In this document: piece by piece, positions 38,981-46,302 of the stretch
How positions within the stretch are numbered: position 1 is the stretch's first letter
Layout: every line of letters begins with the position of its first letter
NCBI GenBank assembly: GCA_029861595.1
Contig: JAOTYY010000002.1
Span: forward strand, 1 to 46,302
DNA: 46,302 nt
Origin: Gammaproteobacteria bacterium
Lineage (GTDB): Bacteria; Pseudomonadota; Gammaproteobacteria; JAHELT01
Reading direction: 5' to 3'
Made by a program: the position numbers and the translations under genes
Notes under the pieces: generated by a model
The model's database searches: none
Told to the model about the DNA's origin: nothing
Seen by the model: only the letters and a program-made list of their open reading frames with translations

Positions 38981-40771
38981 ATGACTGCTGAAATCCGCGT
39001 GCGTGCGATTGCGGGTCTGCCGCTGCTGGTGGCGGCACTGCTCGCACCTGTCTCCGGTCACGCGCAAGCACTGACAACGATCACCGAGATCGGCCGCTCC
39101 GGCGCGCCCGGTCTGGCGCTGCGCCTGATGGACAGCCAGCAGCCGGATTCCGCCAACGACCCTGCCGCCTGGTTCGAGTGGGAGCGCGCGCGCATCGCAA
39201 TGCTGGTTCAGTGGCGGCAGTGGCAACGCGGACTCGCACGCCTCGATGCGATTCCCGCGGGCATGCCACCGGCCACGCAGCGCTGGGCGGCCACACAACG
39301 TGCCTGGTTTCGTCTGGCGTTGGGCGATGCACCGGCCGCTCGCCGCGACCTGCGCCGACTGTTGTGGCACAACCCTTCGATAGATGCAGCGCAGCGCAGC
39401 GCCTGGCGACAGTTGATCGTGCGCAGCTACCTGCTCGAGGACGATTTCGACGATGCCGTGACGGCCATGCGTCGCTATCAGCAGGACTACCGGGACGCGC
39501 AACCAGCGTGGCGCGTGTTGCGCGCCCGCGTGCTGCTCAGCGCGGGGCAGACGGGCCGTGTCGAATCGATACTGGAGGGTATTACAACGCCGGAGGCCGA
39601 TGCGTTGCGGACGCTGGACCGCTTACGCCAGCGCGCGGCTTCGCCGGCGAAGGTGTTCGAAGAAACCAGGAAACGCGCGGAAAGTATCAAATCGCCACAG
39701 GACAAAGCCCGTGCCTGGGCGATAGCCGTGCACGCCGCCGAGGCGATGAGCAGCAGTGCATGGGTAGCATTGGCACTCGATCAGGGCATTCGCTACGCTG
39801 CGGCGCTGGATCGCAACGACAAACTTTTTGCCCTCGACGCACGGCAATTATGGGCTGCGTATCATCGTTACGGGCGCCTGGTAGGGAACAGCGTGCAATT
39901 GCTGGTGGGTAACGATCTGGCATGGATGGAGGAGGCGGAAAAATCGTTGCCTCTGGCGCCGATTCGCGCGCGGGCGCTGTTGTCAGTGGTGGCTTTCGAA
40001 GGCGCCAGCGCCGAGATCCGTGAGCTGGCTCACGGCCGCCTGGCCACCTTGCTGGCCAGGGAGCCCGGTGGATTTTTTGTCTTGCGAGAGTTGTATCTGG
40101 ATACCGACCGGTTTCCGGACATCGCCGACGTGCCAGCCTCGGTGCGCTACAGACTGGCGGATTTTGCGTTGAGCCGTGCGGACATCGAGCTCGCTACGCA
40201 GATCATGTCGACACTGGACTCTGCGCCGGCCGGTGCAGATGTGTTCGAGTGGCAGTTGCGCCGTGCCCGCATATTGACCATGGGTGGACGCAGCGATGCC
40301 GCAGCGGCAGCTTTACACACGCTGCTGGAGAGCAATCACCAACCGTCTGCGGCGGCACTGGATCGTCTGCTACAGGTGGTGTTCGATTTGCAGGCGGTTG
40401 GCGCGGACCAGGCGGTTGTGGGCGTGCTGGAGCGGGTGCTGGCACAGCCGATCACGCCCGAGCAGCGTCGGGAAATTCTATTCTGGCGCGCTGAATCGTG
40501 GAAAGCGTTGCACAAATACACGCTGGCGGCACACGATTTCATGCGCTCGGCGACCTTGCTGGATCCCCAGGCGGCAGATCCCTGGGGCCAGACCGCACGC
40601 TACAACGCAGCCGAGTCGCTGAGCGAAGCAGGTCTGGTCGACGATGCCGAGCGCATTTACCGGGCACTGCTGCGCGTCACCGAGGATGCAGATCGTAAAG
40701 GCGTGCTGCGTATGCGCCTGCAGCAGTTATGGTTGCGCGACGCGGCGCAAGACAATGTAGGCAGGGATTGA
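38981..40771 (+). CDS. Hypothetical exported all-helical / TPR-like protein
   Basis: 596-aa ORF with signal peptide (LLVAALLAPVSGHA) and TPR-like C-terminal repeats (EILFWRAESW, ARYNAAESL). Confidence 0.78.
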   Translation: MTAEIRVRAIAGLPLLVAALLAPVSGHAQALTTITEIGRSGAPGLALRLMDSQQPDSANDPAAWFEWERARIAMLVQWRQWQRGLARLDAIPAGMPPATQRWAATQRAWFRLALGDAPAARRDLRRLLWHNPSIDAAQRSAWRQLIVRSYLLEDDFDDAVTAMRRYQQDYRDAQPAWRVLRARVLLSAGQTGRVESILEGITTPEADALRTLDRLRQRAASPAKVFEETRKRAESIKSPQDKARAWAIAVHAAEAMSSSAWVALALDQGIRYAAALDRNDKLFALDARQLWAAYHRYGRLVGNSVQLLVGNDLAWMEEAEKSLPLAPIRARALLSVVAFEGASAEIRELAHGRLATLLAREPGGFFVLRELYLDTDRFPDIADVPASVRYRLADFALSRADIELATQIMSTLDSAPAGADVFEWQLRRARILTMGGRSDAAAAALHTLLESNHQPSAAALDRLLQVVFDLQAVGADQAVVGVLERVLAQPITPEQRREILFWRAESWKALHKYTLAAHDFMRSATLLDPQAADPWGQTARYNAAESLSEAGLVDDAERIYRALLRVTEDADRKGVLRMRLQQLWLRDAAQDNVGRD

Positions 40772-40794
40772 AAGTTTGACACGCAGCGCCATAT
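40768..40794 (+). promoter_or_regulatory. Sigma32 (RpoH) heat-shock promoter of htpG
   Basis: TTGAAA-N13-CGCCATAT against consensus TTGAAA-N13/14-CCCCATNT; 34 nt before the htpG ATG. Confidence 0.72.
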
Positions 40795-40828
40795 TCAGGC
40801 GTTGCACCGACGAGTACGAGGATCGATC

Positions 40829-42721
40829 ATGAGCGAGTCCGTTAAAGAAACGCACGAATTTCAAACCGAAGTCGCGCAACTGCTGCGACTGATGATCCAT
40901 TCCTTGTACTCGAACAAGGAAATCTTCCTTCGCGAGCTCATCTCAAACGCTTCCGATGCCTGCGATAAGCTGCGTTTCGAAGCGCTGAGTGACGATTCTC
41001 TGTTCGGTGGCGACAGTGAATTGGTCATCCACCTGGCGTTCGACAAGGATGCACGCACCGTCACGGTGCGTGACAACGGCATCGGTATGAACCGCGAGGA
41101 GGTTGTCGAAAACATCGGCACCATCGCGAGGTCCGGTACCCGTCAGTTTCTCGACAAACTGACCGGCGATCAGGCGGCCGATGCGCAGCTGATCGGCCAG
41201 TTCGGTGTCGGTTTCTACTCCTCGTTCATCGTCGCCGAAAGTGTCGTGCTGTATTCGCGTCGCGCCGGCGATCCGGTCGAAGCCGGCGTACGCTGGGAAT
41301 CGCACGGCGGTGATGGCTACACACTGGAAAACGTGGCGCGCGAGCATCACGGCACTGAAGTCGTGCTTGCTTTACGCGAAGACGCCGACGAGTTTCTGGA
41401 TGCATGGCGTCTGCGCGGCATCGTGAAGAAGTACTCCGACCACATCACCTTTCCGGTACGCATGCAGAGCACGGAAAAGGACGGTGAGGATGAAGCCACC
41501 GACGCGGGTGAGGAAACGGTCAATGCAGCATCCGCGCTGTGGATGCGTGCCAAGAAAGATATCAGTGACGAAGAATACCAGACGTTCTATAAACACCTGA
41601 GCCATGATTTCGAAGATCCACTGACGTGGACGCACAATCGTGTTGAGGGTAAATACGAGTATACGACGTTGCTCTACTTGCCGGCTCGTGCGCCGTTCGA
41701 CCTTTGGGATCGCGACCATATACACGGCATCAAGTTGTATGTGCAGCGCGTGTTCATCATGGACGACAGTGAGCAGTTGATCCCGCGCTACCTGCGTTTC
41801 GTGCGTGGCCTGGTGGATTCCAGCGACTTGCCGCTGAACGTGTCACGCGAGATCCTGCAAAGCAACAAGGTTATCGACAGCATCCGCTCGGGGTCGGTGA
41901 AAAAGATACTCGCCTTATTGCAGGATCTGGCCGACAAAGAGCCGGAAAAATATGCGTCGTTCTGGACCGAGTTCGGTCGTGTTTTGAAAGAAGGTCCGGG
42001 CGAAGACCACGCCAATCGTGAAGCCATCGCCAAATTGTTGCGCTTTGCCTCGACCCACAGCGACAGCGAGGAACAGACGGTGTCCCTTGATCAGTACATC
42101 GAGCGCATGGGTGAAGGCCAGGCGCATATTTACTACATCACAGCGGATGCGTTCAATGCGGCAAAGAACAGCCCGCATCTCGAAAGCCTGCGTGCTGAGG
42201 GCACCGAGGTGCTGCTGATGTATGACCGCGTCGATGACTGGATGATGTCGTTTCTGCAGGAATACGAGGGCAAGAAACTGGTCTCCGTGGCGAAAGGTGA
42301 ATGGCCCGATACGGCCGATGACGACGTGGATACATCCGCGCCAGAGGATGGTTCCGACAAAGAATTGACGAAGCGAATCGGCGATGCGCTGGGCGAACGG
42401 GTCGACGAGGTGCGCGTGTCCAAGCGCCTCACTACCTCACCCGCCTGTCTGGTATTCAAGGAGCACGAAATGGCACTGCACATGCAGGCGCTGTTGAAGC
42501 AGGCCGGACACGACGTGCCCTCCAGCAAGCCTACACTGGAAATTAATCCTGCACATCCGTTGCTGGTCCGAATGGACGGCGAGACTGACGACACGCGATT
42601 TGGCGAATGGGCCAGTATACTGCTCGACCAGGCGATACTCGCCGAAGGCGGGCAACTGGAAGATCCCGCCGGTTTTGTTAAACGGTTAAACGACGTGATG
42701 CTGGCAATGGGCGAGGATTAA
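40829..42721 (+). CDS. htpG: Molecular chaperone HtpG (Hsp90)
   Basis: SLYSNKEIFLRELISNASDA, DNGIGM, IGQFGVGFYS, DLPLNVSRE, LEINPAHP. Confidence 0.98.
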   Translation: MSESVKETHEFQTEVAQLLRLMIHSLYSNKEIFLRELISNASDACDKLRFEALSDDSLFGGDSELVIHLAFDKDARTVTVRDNGIGMNREEVVENIGTIARSGTRQFLDKLTGDQAADAQLIGQFGVGFYSSFIVAESVVLYSRRAGDPVEAGVRWESHGGDGYTLENVAREHHGTEVVLALREDADEFLDAWRLRGIVKKYSDHITFPVRMQSTEKDGEDEATDAGEETVNAASALWMRAKKDISDEEYQTFYKHLSHDFEDPLTWTHNRVEGKYEYTTLLYLPARAPFDLWDRDHIHGIKLYVQRVFIMDDSEQLIPRYLRFVRGLVDSSDLPLNVSREILQSNKVIDSIRSGSVKKILALLQDLADKEPEKYASFWTEFGRVLKEGPGEDHANREAIAKLLRFASTHSDSEEQTVSLDQYIERMGEGQAHIYYITADAFNAAKNSPHLESLRAEGTEVLLMYDRVDDWMMSFLQEYEGKKLVSVAKGEWPDTADDDVDTSAPEDGSDKELTKRIGDALGERVDEVRVSKRLTTSPACLVFKEHEMALHMQALLKQAGHDVPSSKPTLEINPAHPLLVRMDGETDDTRFGEWASILLDQAILAEGGQLEDPAGFVKRLNDVMLAMGED

Positions 42722-42775
42722 TAGTCGTAGGCAAACGCGGGGGGCGGGTTGCCGTGGCTTGGGGGCCGAAAACGG

Positions 42776-43216
42776 ATGGACGAAGTGAGAATTATTCTGC
42801 TCGCGGAAGACAACGTCGACCATGCGGAGTTGTTGATGCGCAGCTTCGAGAATCATCGCGTGCCAAACAAAATCTACCACGTGCGCGATGGCGAAGAGGC
42901 CCTGAGTTACCTGTTCCGCCGCGGCGAGTTTGCCGATCCCGAGCTCAGTCCACGACCGCACCTCATCCTGCTGGATCTTAAAATGCCCAAGGTGAACGGT
43001 ATCGAAGTGCTGCAGCGCATCCGTGCCGCCGAGGAGTTCCTGGATGTACCGGTGGTGATGCTGTCCTCCTCGGACGCCGAACCGGATGTCGAGCAGGCCT
43101 ATGGACTGCACGTAAACAGCTATCTGGTGAAACCTCTGGATTTCGGTCAGTTCGCTCAGCTCATGGACGACGTCGGCTACTACTGGTTGAACTGGAACTA
43201 CCGTCCGAAACCGTAA
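42776..43216 (+). CDS. Single-domain response regulator (Rcp1-like)
   Basis: LLAEDN, DGEEAL, LILLDLKMP, VVMLSSS, NSYLVKP, C-terminal YYWL. Confidence 0.92.
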   Translation: MDEVRIILLAEDNVDHAELLMRSFENHRVPNKIYHVRDGEEALSYLFRRGEFADPELSPRPHLILLDLKMPKVNGIEVLQRIRAAEEFLDVPVVMLSSSDAEPDVEQAYGLHVNSYLVKPLDFGQFAQLMDDVGYYWLNWNYRPKP

Positions 43217-43383
43217 CCATTCCCCACAAGGGGGACACAGGCAGCCCGCACGGGAAACGCGTGCTGCGTGCAGCAGGCAGGCACCCCGGCCTTGAATAAG
43301 GGTGGCCTGCGAAGTACAGTTGCGTGCGCTTCGTTCCGCTCGAAAAAGCGGCTCAAGCTCATCCATATTATCGAGTGTTTCTA

Positions 43384-43695
43384 ATGAGACTAATATTCGC
43401 TTCTCTGCTGCTCAGCAGCTTGATCTTGCCCGCCGCCTGGGCCGCTGGCGACGCCGGCGCCGGCGAGCACAAGGCGCAAACCTGCATGGGGTGCCATGGA
43501 ACGCCCGGATACAGCAACGTATACCCAAGCTATCACGTGCCCAAGCTGGGCGGACAGCATGCCGAGTACATCGTTGCGGCGCTCAAAGCCTATGCCAGCA
43601 AGCAACGACCGCACGGGACCATGCACGCCAACGCGGTATCTCTAAACGATCAGGATATGGCCGATATCGCGGCCTTCTTTGCCAGTTTCGAATAG
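43384..43695 (+). CDS. Monohaem class I cytochrome c (c553/c4-half type)
   Basis: Signal peptide, CMGCH, PKLGGQHAEY, distal Met in HGTM. Confidence 0.92.
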   Translation: MRLIFASLLLSSLILPAAWAAGDAGAGEHKAQTCMGCHGTPGYSNVYPSYHVPKLGGQHAEYIVAALKAYASKQRPHGTMHANAVSLNDQDMADIAAFFASFE

Positions 43696-43706
43696 TGGAG
43701 CACCTC

Positions 43707-44033
43707 ATGAGATTGATACTGACCGTGCTGTTCAGCATCGCATTGGGGATGACGGCCGCCACCGTTTCGGCCGCCGGTGATGCGGACAAAGGCAAGGAGA
43801 AGTCCGCGGTTTGTGCCAGTTGCCACGGTGTCGACGGTAACAGCACCATACCCGCCAACCCGCGCCTCGCGGGCCAGCACGCCTCGTACCTGCTGCAGGC
43901 GTTGCATGACTACAAATCGGGCGCGCGCAAAAACCCGATAATGGCCGGTTTCGCCGGTACGCTGTCCGAGGAGGATATGCAGGATCTGGCGGCGTATTTC
44001 GCCAGTCAATCTGGCCTCGCGACGCCGGACTAG
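43707..44033 (+). CDS. Monohaem class I cytochrome c (c553/c4-half type)
   Basis: GGAG RBS; signal peptide, CASCHG, PRLAGQHASY, RKNPIM. Confidence 0.93.
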   Translation: MRLILTVLFSIALGMTAATVSAAGDADKGKEKSAVCASCHGVDGNSTIPANPRLAGQHASYLLQALHDYKSGARKNPIMAGFAGTLSEEDMQDLAAYFASQSGLATPD

Positions 44034-44064
44034 CCTGCAACAAGCAGGCTGCCCCGTTTCGATA

Positions 44065-44322
44065 TCAGTGTGCGCTGTCGGGTGCCGGTCTCTCGGTATC
44101 TGGCATTTGCAGGTGGTAGCCCTGCGTGGTGAGATTCTGCAGCACGGCGGCAGCGGTTTCCTTCGCCAGTACCCGCCGCGCCGTCATTTCGAATTCCACA
44201 ACAAATTGCAACTCACCGAGCAGTTGCGCTAAACCCGGCGGCAGCCGGGTGAAATCGCCGCGGCGATCGAGGTAAACATAAACGTCGCGTTTGGCAAGGC
44301 TTTTGTAAACGTAACACTGCAT
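44065..44322 (-). CDS. ycgL: YcgL-domain protein
   Basis: CYVYKS...YVYL...LP..L...R.LA...V..NL..QGYHLQMP pattern. Confidence 0.9.
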   Translation of the reverse strand: MQCYVYKSLAKRDVYVYLDRRGDFTRLPPGLAQLLGELQFVVEFEMTARRVLAKETAAAVLQNLTTQGYHLQMPDTERPAPDSAH

Positions 44323-44325
44323 CAC

Positions 44326-44370
44326 GGGGACAGTTTACTTATTTTGCAAAAGAAATAAGTAAACTGTCTC
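44326..44370. repeat. GGGGACA-type palindrome with 16-bp perfect arms
   Basis: GACAGTTTACTTATTT (44329-44344), 8-nt loop, AAATAAGTAAACTGTC (44353-44368). Confidence 0.8.
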
Positions 44371-44455
44371 TGTAAGTCCTGGAACTTGGCGGAGCCAGTG
44401 TGGTCTGTTCGACTAGTTCGGCGTGTTATATTCTGCGCCGTATGAGGGGGCCTGT

Positions 44456-45412
44456 ATGCACGCTACACTGCCGCGTTTGATAGAAAGTGATTTTCCGGCC
44501 ATCAGGCGCGCCGGGCTCGAGGTTCTGCAGATCAACCTGGGTTATCGTTGCAATCAGGCGTGCCTGCATTGCCACGTGAATGCTTCGCCCTATCGCAAAG
44601 AGGCGATGAGCCGGGCGACCGCCGAGCAAGTTGTGGAGTTCATGCAGGCGCGGGGTGTGGGCACTGTCGATTTGACTGGCGGGGCGCCGGAACTCAACGC
44701 CCAGTTCAGGTACCTGGTGGATGCCGCTGTCGGTGCCGGCGTGCACGTAATCGATCGTTGCAATCTGACTGTTCTGCAGGAGCCCGGCCAGGAAGAACTG
44801 GGCGAGTATCTGGCTGCACGCGGCGTGCACGTCATCGCTTCGCTGCCCTGTTACATGGAGGAAAATGTCGATGCGCAGCGCGGCGATGGCGTTTTCCAGC
44901 GCAGCATCGAGGGTTTGCGCAGACTGAACAAGTTGGGCTACGCTGGCGAGTACGGCGAACTGCTTCTGGATCTCGTTTACAACCCGCAAGGCCCGCAGCT
45001 GCCGCCGCCCCAGCAACAACTGCAGGTCGACTACAAGAAGCATCTGCGCGAGCACTTCGGCATCCGTTTCAATTCGCTGTTGACGCTGGCTAACCTGCCG
45101 ATCCAGCGATTCGGCAGCACACTGATTTCGCGGGGCCAGTTCGATGTTTACATGAGTTTGCTCAAGGGCGCACACCAGCCGGCCAACGTGCCTGGCGTGA
45201 TGTGCCGATCGCTGCTGAGCATCGACTACCAGGGGTACGTATACGACTGCGATTTCAATCAGATGCTGGGTGTTCCGCTGGGCGGTCAGCGGCGTCACAT
45301 TACCGATTTGCTCGCCACCCCGCTTGAGGGTGCGTCAATTGCAGTTGCCGATCATTGTTACGGCTGCACGGCCGGGCAGGGCTCCAGTTGCGGAGGCGCG
45401 CTCAGCGGTTGA
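44456..45412 (+). CDS. arsS: ArsS-family radical SAM protein (arsenosugar-biosynthesis type, Cys-rich C-terminus)
   Basis: CNQACLHC, DLTGGAPE, DRCNLT, ASLPCY, VMCR, YDCDFNQ, HCYGCTAGQGSSCGG. Confidence 0.88.
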   Translation: MHATLPRLIESDFPAIRRAGLEVLQINLGYRCNQACLHCHVNASPYRKEAMSRATAEQVVEFMQARGVGTVDLTGGAPELNAQFRYLVDAAVGAGVHVIDRCNLTVLQEPGQEELGEYLAARGVHVIASLPCYMEENVDAQRGDGVFQRSIEGLRRLNKLGYAGEYGELLLDLVYNPQGPQLPPPQQQLQVDYKKHLREHFGIRFNSLLTLANLPIQRFGSTLISRGQFDVYMSLLKGAHQPANVPGVMCRSLLSIDYQGYVYDCDFNQMLGVPLGGQRRHITDLLATPLEGASIAVADHCYGCTAGQGSSCGGALSG

Positions 45413-45501
45413 GCGGTTCCGGATACACGGTTTCGTCGCACCGGGATCGGACGGGCGGCACTGGACGCGTAGAGGCGTTGACGTGTGACCCCCGGATCCA
45501 T

Positions 45502-46188
45502 GTGAACAACTCACCGCTCGTCAGCGTAGTGATTCCCACCAGGAACGAGGCCGGGTGCATTGCCCAAACGCTCGCCAGCTTGCGATCGCTGCGCACTGCC
45601 GGGCACGAGGTTATCGTCGTCGATGCCGGCAGCACCGACGCGACGCAGGCACTGGCCAGCGGCGAATGCGACCGCATCATCACCAGTTCACCGGGACGCG
45701 CGCGGCAGCAGAATGCCGGTGCGCGGATCGCACGCGGCGACGTTTTCTGGTTTGTGCATGCCGATACGCAGATACCCAGCGCCGCCGCGAACGAACTCCT
45801 CGCGTGCGTGGCGAAACAGCCGAACTGCTGGGGTCGCTTCGACGTTCGCTTCACGTCGTCGCGGTTGGCGTTGCGCATAGTCGCCAAGTGCATGAACCTG
45901 CGCTCGCGGCTCACCGCTATCGCTACGGGAGATCAGGGATTGTTCGTGAGCCGTGAATATTTCCAACGCCTGCACGGGTTTGCAGACCAGGCGCTGATGG
46001 AAGACGTCGAGTTGACACGCCGCCTGAAGCGTATCGCGCCACCCCATTGCCTGAGTTCACCGATCGTGACATCGAGCCGTCGCTGGGAAACGCGTGGAAT
46101 TTTGCGCACTATCCTGCTGATGTGGTGGCTGCGCGCGGCGTATTTCTTCGGCGTGGATACCCAGCGCCTGGCGCGTTGGTATGCCTAG
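45502..46188 (+). CDS. GT2 glycosyltransferase, rSAM/arsenosugar-associated (TIGR04283-like)
   Basis: SVVIPTRNE, VVDAGSTD, GRARQQNAGA, HADT, TGDQGLF, LMEDV, TSSRRW; follows arsS; start uncertain. Confidence 0.85.
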   Translation: MNNSPLVSVVIPTRNEAGCIAQTLASLRSLRTAGHEVIVVDAGSTDATQALASGECDRIITSSPGRARQQNAGARIARGDVFWFVHADTQIPSAAANELLACVAKQPNCWGRFDVRFTSSRLALRIVAKCMNLRSRLTAIATGDQGLFVSREYFQRLHGFADQALMEDVELTRRLKRIAPPHCLSSPIVTSSRRWETRGILRTILLMWWLRAAYFFGVDTQRLARWYA

Positions 46189-46302
46189 CCCGCATGTTGC
46201 ACGCTGCTTGCGGTCGCCTTGTGGGAAAGGCGGTTGTCGAGGGTGTAAGATCGTGAGTCAAATCAATCCATTGGGATGTATGGCGGCGCAGATGCTCGGT
46301 GA
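46185..46302. mobile_element. Start of a second element of the CTAG-CCCGCATGT family, truncated by the window end
   Basis: CTAGCCCGCATGTTGCACG matches 3455-3473 CTAGCCCGCATGTCGCACG at 18/19; the CTAG contains the GT stop codon. Confidence 0.55.

Noticed and set aside
44032-44050. AGCCTGC-AACAA-GCAGGCT hairpin preceded by CTAG as a third MITE end
   Set aside because: Only CTAGCCTGCA matches the MITE terminus; it is more simply a short hairpin between convergent genes
45380-45412. Selenocysteine in the ArsS C-terminal motif
   Set aside because: The codon is TGC; the TGA at 45410-45412 lies at the normal protein end

Overview
GC-rich gammaproteobacterial chromosomal segment, mostly core genome. 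It carries proS, an aapJQMP-type amino-acid ABC transporter, a DAHP synthase, dapA-bamC-MBL hydrolase, radA-xseB-ispA-dxs-folE2, a ypjD/CNNM pair, ffh-rpsP-rimM-trmD-rplS, htpG, two c-type cytochromes and an ArsS-type radical SAM plus glycosyltransferase pair at the right end. I saw no rRNA, tRNA, CRISPR array, prophage or transposase gene, and no large clearly novel multi-gene system. The most interesting signals are small. (1) A 244-bp CTAG-flanked fold-back MITE-like element (3459-3702) whose terminus recurs exactly at the stop codon of the last gene (46185 onward). (2) A composite boxC-like repeat module present in several intergenic clusters, plus other REP-like palindromes. (3) A frameshift in aapJ. 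(4) An IscR type-1-like operator in front of folE2. (5) Candidate sigma54 and sigma32 promoters. (6) Uncharacterised lipoproteins with recognisable motifs: a SoxK-like/LysM fusion and a Cys-His-Asp triad protein. All family assignments come from motif recognition, with no database search. Start codons are best estimates and often differ from the longest ORF.
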